A stretch of 64,000 nt of DNA from contig JAMDHS010000034.1 in NCBI GenBank assembly GCA_029717555.1, positions 1 to 64,000 on the forward strand, read 5' to 3'. Below are positions 23,152 to 35,703 of the stretch, one piece after another (the stretch's first letter is position 1; each line of letters begins with the position of its first letter). Made by a program: the position numbers and the translations under genes. The notes under the pieces are model-generated. The model saw only the letters and a program-made list of their open reading frames with translations. It ran no database searches and was not told the origin of the DNA. The stretch is from Peribolospora baueri. Taxonomy: Eukaryota.

Positions 23152-24612
23152 GGCAGACGGTGCGTCGATCGTCCGGAATGCAGAGGGAGACGGCTCCGGT
23201 GGTGAAGACAAGGCGAGGCCTCGGTGTCGGTCTAGTCTACCCTGTCCAGGGTCGCGTGTAGAAGGAGGGCAAGGACCAAAGCGACAAGGGAGATGGAAGT
23301 AGTACAGATCCGAACGCTGTCACGAGACCCAGCGATGGCCCTCTCCCTCGTCTTGTCTTCGCTTGCACCAAACGGAGATGTTGCGGCGTTAGGTGGGATG
23401 CTGTGAGGGTATGAATGCTGGGCGCAAGGACAAGAGGGGGGAGAAGGACGTCGGAGTGGCTGGGGAAAAAGCAGAAAAGAGGCGAATAAAGATGAGAAGA
23501 GGAGCAACGGAGCATCGGCTCGATGGTGGTGGTCGAAACGACGAATGACGGCAACGTCGACGGCATTTTTTTGGGCCGGCCCGTCTGGAGACCCCACAAT
23601 TGGGGTCGCACAGATTACCAGAGTTGAATTGAAATCTTTACACCCCGCGCCAATCCCATTTCAAATCTTTCCGATCGCTGCCGTACCCCGCTCGTGCACC
23701 TATCCGGAAGGAACCTGGTGCGAGGATGGAGGACGTGTACATCTGAACTGGCAAGAGCAAGGACAGAAATGAGAACGAAAGGACAGAGGAACCTCACCCT
23801 CGATAGATAAAAGGCAGTGGCTCTCTTACCCGAACAAGGACGCTCAACATATGGACGTCTGGCTTGCTCGTCACGAATGGCCGATCCCTCGAGAAAGCTT
23901 TGCTGAACGTCATTCTCTGCTGGCGAGACATTGCTGGAGTCGGCCAGCACGGTCATCTCGGGCGCTTGCCCTGCTGCATGCGGTGCTGGACGAGATGCGA
24001 GGAGACAAAGCGTGGTCGACTAACTAGTGCTTTGAGTGGCGTTCGGAGTGAAGGGAAGGGACAGACGACGGATTCGCAGGCTATGGGCGACGATCCCCAA
24101 GCCGGAAGAGAGGTGCCGCTTTGGGCGGCTAGCGAGGTAAAGATTGGTTTCTGAAAGGGCACTCGTTAATGCGCTTGCGTTTATGAGGTACGACGTCTCT
24201 TAGTCTGCTCGAGTATCCACTAAGTAGTACCTGCCCACCGCCCGCGCCCCACCCCCATCTCTTCCGACCGCAGTAATAAGCAGCTTGGGCTACGGACGCC
24301 AGGCTTCGACGGGTTAGATTGGCTTGGAAGCGATGCCACAACATATGGAAACAGCTACTTGAGTACATGATCGATGTGAGATTCGGTTGATGGTCGGTAA
24401 ATAATGGCCAGACAGAGGCGGTGTGAAAGCAGGAGCGCTAGAATGGGAGCCCGGTGCAAGACCGAACAACGTGTGCATCCAAGGGTTGCTGCTATAGCTG
24501 ATGTCGGACCCTTCGGTACGGTAGAAGCGATGACAGCCGGTAGGGTACATAGCAACGCCTCCAACTGTTGGCGATCGGCACAAGACCGCGCCGACCGCGC
24601 CAATTCATCTGC

Positions 24613-27553
24613 TCAAGACGTCTGGAAAGCCTCTTGAGGGATCGCGTTCTGGTTCTTGAGCATCTGGAAGTTGCGCGTGGCCACCGCCTCGTCCCAGTTG
24701 TTCTGCTGGAGACACTGCAACGAGAAAGCGTAGTTGAGACCGGTCGACTGCATCACTTTCAAGGCCAGTGCGTGTTGGCTTGGCGTCTAGAGAGGGAATG
24801 ATGAAAGAAGCGTGAGGGGCAAGAATGGAGAGTAAATCATAGGCGTAACCAAAGCAGCCTTTTAACGACGCCGTATGCTAGCCCGAGCGCAGAGGAGGCG
24901 AAGAATGTATACACACGATGCCTGGAGCGGGAGTGATATGCGCCTGGGACGATTGACCACGGGAGCCAGAAGTAAAAAGGGTGGGAGCAGCCGCTGGTGT
25001 ACCGGCAGGCGGAGGGTTGAGCGCTTCGAGCACCCAAGCCTTGGGGTGGGAGTAGTGCCTCGGCGTCAGCTGATCCGACAGGATTACGCATGGCCAGCCG
25101 GCATTCTGAGCCGCGGAACCTGATGCAGCGGGGGCGAGGATGAAGGTCCGGTCGAACGAGCGGATGCCGCCCGATGGCTCTGGAGACGGTCCAGATCAGG
25201 AGGGGGATCAATACACCTTCCTTGACAGGAAACGACAAAGGCCTAGCGCCACTCACGTTCTGCAAACTCGCCGTGTACGCTAACAAAAATGAGCATGTCC
25301 GAAACAGCGGCATTCGGGTCACCGCCGTTAGCGCGCGCGGAGTTGGGTATGGCCCAAGCGTCGAGGATGAACTTGGAAGGGTCGGTGAGCGGATGCGCCG
25401 ACCCCGGAAGTTTCTTGAGCACGCCGATGATATCTGAAGGACCGGTGTGCAGCATTGAAGTTCTAGCGCCTATGGCGACGAAAAGGTTTGGACCGGTCAG
25501 AAGATGTGCCGAAGACATGGACAAAAAATGGAAGGTACAACTCACGCATATCCACGACCTTCATAACGTTACGGCTGCCAGCGTCGAAGTACGCGTTCCA
25601 ATGTAGTTTACCCTGGTTGGGCATATCCTTGCTGTGGACATATCCCGCACTCTTGGCTCGAGGCGGGATGCTCGCGTTGCCAGAGAAGCTGAATGTCGCC
25701 TTCACAGCGTACGCTGCGCTGAGTTGACTGCGATCCGAGTCGAAAAGGGAAAAGTACTTCTGCAGGAAGGTCGGCACCACTGCATTGGCGGCTTCGTCGC
25801 GGAAGCTGGTCGCGATGCCGAGGGGAAACTCCTTCGGAGAGCCCGACGGCAAACCGGAAGAGCTGGCGTGGGCAGACGAAGCTCCCCCCACGACAGGGTT
25901 CGGATTGACTACCGGTTGACGATCTAGAACTTGCAGAGTTGGGAAGCGGCGAATGATATCGCTGGGGAGGACAGGTAATGATTCAGCTTGTGGGTTCCAC
26001 CAAATACAAAAGTCTTCAGACGGCTCACCTCTGGTAGGTTTGCAAATTCCCAGCGGCCTCGGCGATGGTGTGGATCGGGTTGCCCAAGAGGATGAGCTCT
26101 CTGAGGTTGGTGAACTTCCCCTTCTTCCCGGAGAGGGCATCAAGATCTTTGTCCCATTTGAGCTGGTTGCCCTCAAGGGACAGGTTCTACGAACGGCGAG
26201 TTACGAATGACAAAGTTAAGATGTCGGCGGAAGGTGAAGGCGAGGATGATTTTAGACCCACCTGCAAATTGGGAAGGAAGAATGGCAGGTTGCCTAGGGG
26301 AAGCAGGCTTTCGAGACCGTTGTTCTGAAGGGAGAGGGTCACGATCTGCACGCAGAGGTGATAAAGCCTTAATCAGGACAGGCCAGGACTCCAAGTGTCT
26401 CATTTAGTACCCACTTCGGGGCACGATTGTCGCGTGATCTTCCATATGACGTTGGCAGTATCCCTATTTGCGCCTTTCTGGCCAGGAGGTTTGATGTTCT
26501 CGCGAAGAAGGATGGGATCCGCGGCCATGTTCTAATGACAGCAGACGAGCGCTAAAAATCAGTGTCAAGAATGGTCAAGTTGGTCGACGGACGTAACTCA
26601 CCTCGAGATTCAAGAACTTGTGTTCGGCGTTCCACCTGCTGTTGACGAACTCCCGGAGGATCTGAACGGTCTTGTGGGCAGTTGGGGATGGCACGTTTCC
26701 AGCACCAAGCGCAACTCCGCCTCCCCCCCCTACACGAGCTGTAGCCGCAGCTGCAGCCGAGCCACGAATCGACCTGCCGAGAGCCAGATCTCTGGCACCA
26801 CCGGCACTACCTCCAGCGCGGAGGGTGGATGCTGCTGCACCGCCACGATTGCGCCCGGAGCGCGACAACGGATCCAAGCGTTGGCGGGCTGTTGGCCGAG
26901 ACGCCGGTATAAGCTCGCTGTCCACCTTCATGCGAGACTGAAGGGAGGCGGATACGGTATGGGGCAGAATGAACGAGAGATACAGGAGCAGGTATCGCGT
27001 GCGACAGACGTAAGCCGAGCGTGCGGGAGGGAGCAGATGAGGAGTCGAAGGTTGAATAAGCGCGTCGTAGTCGAACTAGCAGGACGCTTGCCGCCGCCAG
27101 CTTGCCGCGTTCGCGCCGCCGTACAGAGGCGAATGCTCTTGCCCTGCGCCAACCGTGTCCACCGACCCGGCCGCGCGTGGGACTCGAGCACAAAAGGGAA
27201 AAGAAGACGAATCAGCCAGAGAGGAGGAAATAGGAAATTACCGATAAAGACCCAGGTTTTCTTGATGGCGACGAGCTTGATGCGACTGCGTTGCTCCTCT
27301 TCCTACTTGTCCTGCCCGACCCGATCGCCGATGAGTCCTTCATTCCAACGTCATCATCCATGAGACCTGCGGTACGAAGCGCTCCCGATGCCACGGTTGC
27401 CTCTCCCCCACGCGCCCTCCTCAGCCGCCGTCCGGAGCCTGCCGCGTCCCCTCCGTTGCCGTTCGCTCCAGGATTGCTGGCACCTGGAGCGCCTCCGTTG
27501 GCACCACCAGGGACACCATTGGAGCCCCCAGCAATCCCGGCAATGGTAAACAT
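24613..27553 (-). CDS. MEX67: mRNA export receptor Mex67/NXF1, multi-exon
   Basis: LRR ([10 protein letters not shown]...[33 protein letters not shown]), NTF2-like domain ([35 protein letters not shown]...[10 protein letters not shown]) and TAP-C/UBA domain ([23 protein letters not shown]....IPQEAF*). Confidence 0.95.
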
Positions 27554-28404
27554 GGCAGTGTGCGCAGGAGCGCTTGGTTCGGCGTCAGGGGCGTGTTGAA
27601 AGGAGGACAGGTGGCAATAAGTCCGAGCGAGAGCTCTCGTAGCAAGACGTCACTGAGACGTAAGAAACTGTCCTTGGCAAAGAGCAGGCGGCAGGGAGAT
27701 AGCCGAAATGAGGAGTTGCTAGGGAGAGGAGTGAGGATGGACGGCGACCGATGATGGTTGGTGGGGTTGAGGTGTCTTGGTTGAGTGTTGGTAGTCAGAG
27801 TTGAATCTGTGTGCGATCGCGATTTGGCGGCGATGAGGGCGAAAGGGGAAGCAGGTGTGCCGCAGCTAACCCTAGTCCTGTCCTCGGATTGTCTCAGCCA
27901 CCCTTGCAGAAGACATCTCAGTCGGAGTGCTTGCGTACGTCCTTGATCGGAAAGGTGTGCAGCGCAAGAGACTCCAAAGTTACTACAGTGCGGACAGTCT
28001 TTAACAGCGCCCACGTGAAAAAGTGGAAGGAGAATGAGCTGCCATTGATGGCGTGACAGCCTGTCTAAGGCTTGTTGGGATCCAGACGGCCGACCGTCTG
28101 CATCGCTGGAGACCTTTGTCGGAACTTTCCTTCACGTTGAGTATTTCGTCTTCACACAAGGCCATCGATGGCACAAGGAAGTTTCTCCTCGGGGGCGCCT
28201 TCCTCCAGCAACTCCCCCAGCCGAATCCAATCAATTGCGACAATCAAGAAGGAAGACGAGAGAGACAAAGGCAGGTATGCAAATGACCGGTACACGAGCA
28301 CAACGAAAACAACTATAAAAACGGGCGCTAAACGAGCACGAGCACGTCCACGACCTCGTCCGCGACCAGGAACACCAGACAAATGCCACGCGCCATGGCC
28401 CAAA

Positions 28405-31400
28405 TCATGGCAGCCGCTCATCCCCAGCAGGGCCCTGCGACCGGGTCTTACGCCGCATAATATTCAGTGTCTCCGCCACCTCCTCTTCACGAACATCCAT
28501 GTCGGCGTCCTGAGAAGGCTTGTATGATGGATCGGATGCTTTGGCACCGCCGCTTTTACGACGGATAGACTTCGTTCGGCGCTGAGAAGTGGCAGTGGGC
28601 TGGGCGCGGGTGGTGGGCGACTCAGGAGCCCGTTGCGACTGCGTGGCGCGGGTCGCATTGTCCTCCTCAAGCCCGGAATTCAACCGCACCCTCTTCGTCT
28701 CGCGGCCCGGGGAAGTCGACGTACGACCTGCATCCTCCCCCTCCACCCTCGTCTCGTCGTCGTCAGCGGCTAGCTTTTGTACACGACGAGTGGTCAGCGC
28801 AGGTGCTGAGGCGCCTTGATCCGAGATCACGCGCGGCCTCTTGGCCAGCCTGCAGGTGCCAGAACCTTCGCCCTCGCTACTGGTGTCCTCATCCTCATCG
28901 CCCTTGGACGGCTTATAAGACTTGTTGTCCTCGGAGAGGCGACCACGCCTGCGCTTCTTTTTGGAAGAAAGGGTTCCTAAAGAGACTGCCAAAAGCAAGC
29001 CAGGAGGTAAACGGCACCGTCAGGCATCGGTCGTCGCGGCAGAGTCAGGTCCCACCAGACTTTGGCCCGATGAGGAAGACGGAACCCACCTGCAGAAAGG
29101 AGCTCGTCCACCTCCGCTGCACTCTCTGTGTCGGGGATCTCGCTGCGAGGACTCCAAGACCGCGCCGAGAACCTGTCCCTCCTCTTCTCTTCTCCATCGC
29201 CGCCGGCAGCATCCATCTTTGGAAGAATTGCCCAGCAGTCCATCAAGATCTCTGCCCCGATCGCGCGGCTGAGACAAGCGTGCACCTCGGTCGGCACGCG
29301 CTCAAAGTCGCCAGCGTCCTTCTCTGACTCCGGATCCGCCTCACCATTGTCGTGAACGCCCTCCCGTGCAAGTGCCTCGTGATCTGAAAGTGCACATTCG
29401 GGGACCAAGAACGTCCATCGAGTCGGTTGTGATGTCGCCGTGGCCTCTTCTCGGAGCTGGGGGACCGTGACAGAGTGCATGTGGCAAGTAGAGCGAGTCC
29501 AGTGACTCGATCGAACTGGCACAGGTCTGCGCTCGTCACCTGTGGCCGTGCCACCTGCCCCAGCCACAGCGACATTGTCGTCCTGGGTTGATCCCCGCGC
29601 ATGATGGTTCGAGCGGTGTTGATGGGCGAGGCGCAGTCTCGGAGGTGGCTGCGTCGGCTGCTCTGAAGACAGCACGGTTCTTCTAAGTGGTGGGGAGAGA
29701 CCTTCAGCCACGGCAACTGTCTGTGCTACCGCCTCAACGTCTTGGCCGCCTTCGGACGCGGCCTCCTGGTGCTGATCCAGCCATGACGACCCATTTGCGG
29801 CTGCCGTTTGACCTCTTCCGGCACTCTTGCCCTTGACCTTGCCCTCAGCCTTTGCGTCCCCTGCCGCGACCACCTTTCCTCTGCCATGGCTATCAGCCAC
29901 ACCAGAGCGTATCGTCGGAGGAAGGCCATCAACCAGTTTCGCCTTGGACCCACTAAGACGAGCCGATCTCCGCGGAGACTCCAGCGCTGTAGGCTCACCA
30001 AGGGCGGAACCGCGCCTGACAGGGGGAGTGGAAGGAGGAGTGCCTATCGCCGAATCGGCGGCAGGACTCACAGCAGGCATGGTAGACATGCCACGCGCGG
30101 TCGCCTCTTGGTTGTCCTCGCCAGCCGTTTGTACCGCGGACCTGTCCTCGGCTCCCTCATTCTCTTTCTGAGGCGTCGGAGTGGCTTCCGCGGACCTAGG
30201 ATGCTCATGAGAGTCATCCATGGGCTCCGCTACTTGTTTCTCCTGCGAGACGGCGAATTCGGGTTCAGGGACTCTGTCGGAGGAAGGCCCTGAGGTGCCT
30301 ATCACGTCTTCAGCAGTTGGCCCTGCCGAAGGCTGGGAAGAGGACGCCCGGGGGCTGGCAGGGGAGGTGGCAGCCTGAGGCTGCTCATGAGGGGCATCCA
30401 CGGGCTCCGCCACTTGCTCTTCCTGGGCGGAGGAAGGTTCGAGTTCGGGGACTTCGGCGAAGGAGGGCTTCAAGGCGCCCATCTCGTCTTCAGCAGTTGC
30501 ACCTGCCGAAGGTTGCGAAGAAGGCGCAGGCACTGTAGGGGCCGCCTTGTGGCTAGAAGGCGCAGCGGAGGCGGATGCGACGGCGGAGGGCGCCGATACC
30601 CCTGACATCGACTGAGGCCTTTGAGGCGCAGAGGGGGAGACGGCTTCGGAGATGTTGGACGTGGCAGAAGACGCGCCGGAGGTCGCCTCACCGGAGCCTA
30701 AGGGCGCAGAGATTACGGAAGGAGAGTGCTCGGGGGTCGGAGTGATCGATGCGGGGTGATTGAGCTCGTGCTTCTTCGGCGGCTGGGGTCTAGGCGGTTC
30801 GGGCTGGATCGCCAACGGACCGGGCGTGACTCCTTCCTGTCCAGGCTTGGTGGCGGTGATGGCGACAACCGCAGAGATGGCCAAATCGCCTTCGCCCTTC
30901 TTCGTGGGAGGAGGCCCCTCCAACTCTTCTTCGCCGCGTTCGTCGGCGCTTGTGCTGGCGCTGGCACTTCCACTGAAAAGTGAGCCAGCATGATTCGGCG
31001 TTAGCGCCAGATCCTCCGCTTCGGCTTCCACACCATCCATCTCTCTCTCCTTTTCCTTGCCTATCTCCTCCTCCGGCAGCCTCGATACCTTGGCTACCTC
31101 TGGCCCGGCAGGGCTTTCCTCCGCTATCACCTCTTTGATACGTGACCCTACATCCGCTTCCCGCGACCACTCGAATTCCTCGGCAGCGTTAACCGGAGTC
31201 GCCACGTCAAGGAGAACCCTGAAGGCCGCGTAGTGATGCATGAGGATGTTCGCATTCTCCTCCTTGGACAGGAAAAGGATAGTCTCCTTGATGGTCAACG
31301 GGTGACGGATGACGAAATGGCTCTTGAAGTCGAACTCGGTTTCGTGGCTAGGGCCGGGCGGCTTCTTGAAAATGATGCCGACATGAAAGGCTTCTTGCAT

Positions 31401-33406
31401 CTTTGTGCAAAGCTTCCGCCAGGTCACAGAGAGTTTTTCGGGGTTCGGCTCGCCCCCAGCGAGACCCGTATCATCTTCGTCATTAAAGACAGTGACCTGA
31501 ATCCTGCTGGGGCGTTGAACTTGGAGGCCGAAGAACATCTCCTGAAATTCTTCGTACATCCGGCGCAGATCCGGTCGGAGACGGAGGTATGCCCAGTATG
31601 ACTCAAGCACATCCTTATAGAGCCCTTCAAGTTTGGAGGTGTTCCATGGAGTCCGTCCCGCTTTGATGCGGCCCTGGTCGTCCCTGGGGTCTTCGAAGGT
31701 CTCCAGGCAGAGTTTCGGGGCAGCCCGCCATTTTCCCTTGTCCTGGGTGGTCAGACGGGAGCGCGTACGGGAGCGCTCCGTCTTTACAACATCCAAAGAT
31801 GCACCTGGCGAAGGTTTGGGTGGTGCCGGCCCGGGGGAGGATGATTTAGGAGGCATAACCGCTTGGGACCACGGCTTGGGTGGCACAGCCTCGGTAGGCA
31901 ACGGCCCTGGTGGCGATTGAGCCGTCGTCACCCGAAACGGAGACGTTTCTAGCTCGGGTGACGTTGCCCTGGGTGGCGACGCTTTGTGGACAACCGGAGT
32001 AGCAATGCCAAAGAGGGTGCGTGCTCGCTTGGCGTCCGAGTCGGAGGCCCTTGAGACGTTGCCGACCTCTTGGGAAGAAGCGGCCATAGTTACGTCAGAT
32101 ATTTGGACGTCGGCGTGAGAGGCGATGGCGGCGTCTGAATCGGACACCCTCGACCCGTCGCCGCCCTCTGGGAAAAGAGGAGTGACGGTCGAGCTAAATG
32201 TCGGGGCGCCAATGGTGGACAACTCTCGGAGAACAGCCATACCTCGCGCGAATCGCTCTAAGATCGATTCGCGCGCCGCTGCGTGTCTAGTCAGGTGGCT
32301 GTGGGCGGAGCTCGAAGAGGCAGACATGATCCGCGAGTTCGGTGTACGGAGTGGAGGAGCGGCCCTGCGCAGAGACGGCGTGACGTTGACGTCGTTGTCG
32401 ACAAACTGGGCCGGGCGAAGCGGCGAAGATGCCGGGAAGGGGCCGGTGGTGGTGTCGACGGTTTGGGCCGGGTCATCCGCGGAGCTTACGGAACCCTGGC
32501 TCATGGGGTTGTCGTCAGCCGTCGTGGGCAGCTGGGAGGGTACGCCGCGGCGGCGGTGCAGCAAACCACTCATGATCGCCTGCAGGACTCTGGGTTCGTG
32601 GATGTAGTCGGGCGAACGCTGCTCGTGAGGCGGGGGAGGTGTGAGAGGTTTTCCGAAGTAGTCGACCGGAGAGATGTTTTGGCCGCGCTCCATGTCGACG
32701 TCTTCGTCATAGATTGTCCTCTCATCTCCTGAGTCTCCTTCGTGGTTGTAGGAGGAGGAGGCGGGTGACGGCAATGTCGCGCCGCCTCCAACTGGACGGT
32801 TGACGCGAGTCGGAGAGCTGGGGCTACGCTGGGAATGTTCGCGATGGATGATGAGGCGGCTGGGGGAGGGAGTGTCCAACCGTCGGCGCACTCTCCTCTG
32901 TGGCGTCAGGAGGAGGTCGAGGAAATCCTCGGAACGCCTGCGACCTGGAATAAGGGGCAGGGCGAGACGCGGCAAGGGGTCAGCAACGGTTCGGCGCATT
33001 AGTGCTCCGCTCGGCGCGTTTTTTTCGTCCGCCATTCAGGCGATATCTAATCGTTTAGTATACGCGCGAATCAGATCTCCTGAGTGGATCGCATCCCATG
33101 CCATCCCATGGCCGTCCATCCATGTTGAACTGGCTGAACCGTGCTGCACCTGAAGGGCACCGGCAGAAGGCGTGGCACCGCAGGATAAATGGACGGAAAC
33201 AGCTGCTCAACAGACTCACTGCGACGCATTTTCCTTGTAAGTCTCAGAGGCGTGGCGAAGCTCGATAGGTCGAACGAGGAAGATGATAGATGAGGGGATG
33301 ACGTGGAGCGGTCAAGGGTGCGACGGGAGGTGGACGGGAGGACGGAACGAGGGATGGGAGGTGTGTGCTTTATGTCAGCGAAGGGGTCCAAGAGCGACGA
33401 GTCCAT
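28405..33406 (-). CDS. Large, mostly disordered hypothetical protein (probable exons 33406-33220, 32944-~29091, ~28986-28405)
   Basis: A 1352-codon ORF joins flanking ORFs through frame-preserving GT-AG introns. Basic NLS-like KKKRRRGR is present, plus one globular-looking segment at about 31190-31740. No known domain recognised. Confidence 0.7.
30185..30525 (-). repeat. Internal 180-bp (60-aa) tandem duplication
   Basis: SSQPSAGATAEDEMG..PELEPSSAQEEQVAEPVDAPHEQP versus SSQPSAGPTAEDVIG..PEPEFAVSQEKQVAEPMDDSHEHP. Confidence 0.85.
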
Positions 33407-34368
33407 CGGGCCGGTCCTCAGCGGGAGAGTGACGGACGACCGGCGCGTTTCGAAAAGCGCAGGGTAGGCAGAGCAAGGGTCTGTGTAAGACATCTGGAAT
33501 CGGCTGGCCGACCACCATCCGTCGCCGGTCGCCTCACCCTGACCTTCGGATGCCGGCTAACGTTTACAATGAAATGTGGGATGACAACGCGTGAGAAGCG
33601 GCAAACCAGTGATTGGGACGCGTCCATCCGCCACAAAGGTAGGTGGTGGGTGCTGAGGAGAGTGGCGCGGAGCGAGGTGTGCGTGGAGGGGCCGTGGTCG
33701 ACGGTGCCGGTGCCGTGCAGGGAATCAGCAAGCAGGACAAATGAGCGGGACGGGCTGCACGACTCGTGCCGACTCGTTCGACGTCCGGCCAGAGAGCACT
33801 GGCGAAGCCGGACGAGTGCGAGAACGGCGACGCGATGAGAAGGAGAACAAAGAACGATGAGGTTCGGAGGACGAGTGCCGCAGTCCGAGGACGAGGGACG
33901 TAACTGAACATTGGATTGTGTTCCTGCACGTGATAGACCACGCACAAACCACCATACACGACGCCCCTCTTAAATCGCCGATGAGCAGCAGCCTCCAACG
34001 CGACGACAGCTTGACCTCGCTCGTACACAACGTTTCCAGCACCAACGCTCAGCATCCGAATTAGCTGCCTTACATGGGGAAGAGGTGGATGCACTGCGCG
34101 CTTTGATGGCAGACCGGCACGTTACGGGTCAGCTTCAGCCGTTGGGCGTTCATCGGCCGACACAGTTTTTGCTCCGACACTTTGTCGCTCACACTGCGTG
34201 TGTTCGTCCTCCAGTCTTGTCGGCCTTGATTTTGCGGTCGTTTGCGCTTCCTGGCACTCTTTTTAATCTTGCAACGAAGGCGAGCGAGCTTTGCCTCGAT
34301 CACCCTCAACTTCCAGAGTTGGCAGACCTGTCTCGCCGTGGTCCGGTAGAGAGGACCGCCAGTAAAGC

Positions 34369-35097
34369 ATGTCTAAAAGTGAGTATTTATTGCGTACTTT
34401 CGTTCGATTTCATTACGCTCTCGCGTTTTGACGGTATTTTTGTTTGTTTGTCTGTGCTTCTTTGATGCGACCCTGCGCACTTGCACACCTTGGCGCAGTG
34501 AGCTACCCCCAGTCTCGCGATTTTGATCCCTCCGAGATCAACTTTTCCCCTCCACCCGGATACACCGCCCCGCGTTTCCCCTCTTTATACTGGCCCTTCC
34601 CTCCATCTCCGCCTCCTACGAGTGAAAACTACCTCTACCTTCCCTCCGACATTTGGCGCTTCACCCTCTACTGGACTCTGCTCTTCTACGGTGCCGTCTT
34701 CCTCCTCTGTGGACTTTGGGCATTCGCTGTTTTCGGCAAGAAGGGGCATAGGTACGCTAGGTGGGCTTGGCTGTTGCCCGTCGTTTTTGCGAGCATTGGA
34801 CTGGTCATGGCTTTGGTTAGTGCTACAATCGTGGGTGAGTGTGCTCGCTTTGTTCTCTTTCAACCAGTCCACTCCCTCATGGACGCCGTTCAAGAAAGTA
34901 CACTCTCTTGCTTATTATCTGTTTCCTCTTTGTCTTTACAATCTGACCGTCATATCCGCCAATCAGGCTTTGCCCTAGCAGCGATCTACAACGCGGCCTA
35001 CTTCCGCATGTCAACTTGGGTCCCCTTGCTATGGGCTTCTGCCCAGATTCTCGTCGTCGTCATGAGCAGTTACTCCACTGTCACCACTGTACTTTAA
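34369..35097 (+). CDS. TMEM170-family ER membrane protein (exons 34369-34378, 34499-34834, 34967-35097)
   Basis: PPGYTAPRFPSLYWP...YLYLPSDIWRFTLYWTLLFYG, several TM helices and LAAIYNAAYFRMSTWVPLLW match the fungal TMEM170/YPR153W-like pattern. Confidence 0.85.
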
Positions 35098-35703
35098 TTT
35101 CCCTTCCTTGAACAATTCTCATGCAGTGGTCATATGGCCCGGCTCTAGCCTCGACTCTCCCACACAGCTGGTCAAACTTTGGAGGAAGTGAAATTACAAC
35201 TAAGAGATAAGTGACACAGCCTGCACGTGCTTCGGGCGCCTTTCCACGTGTCTGCGGTCGGACCACCTCGAAGGCTGCCCCTAAACTCACGCGGACGCTG
35301 CGCTCGGCTCAACGACCACGTCCAAAAGCAACGGCCACTTTCGCTCGCCGTCTCTTGACAAGGCCAGCTTTTCCTTAGGACCTCCGAGTGGCCCGGCGGT
35401 GCCAGCGAGCTACGACGACTGTCGCCGACCATCGCCGACCATCAACGACTTCCCTTGCCTTGCGTCCCCGCTCGTCTCCTGCCAGCCCAGACGCGTTGGC
35501 AAAACGCGACGTCGCGCCTTTGCTCGCTTCCCTAGTCGTTCTCATTTCCTTATTAACGCTCTCCATTGCGCTCTTAGTAACCTCCATCCTTGCCATTTGG
35601 ATTGTCTCACTATCTCGTGCCGACTGCAGAACCCACCCGGACCCGCGCCACTGCTCTCATTGTCCACACCTCCGGAAGCGACAACAGCAACGACGACAAA
35701 GCC

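Noticed and set aside
23640..23990. Apparent - strand intron (gtaaga ~23829 to gccag ~23748) joining two short exons
   Set aside because: It yields only a short featureless peptide; it may be UTR splicing or chance.
32945..33035. ORF-track start MADEKNAP for the 1352-aa ORF
   Set aside because: This stretch contains a CTGAC branch point and a ttattccag acceptor, and a phase-compatible upstream exon (33406-33220) exists, so it is more probably intronic.
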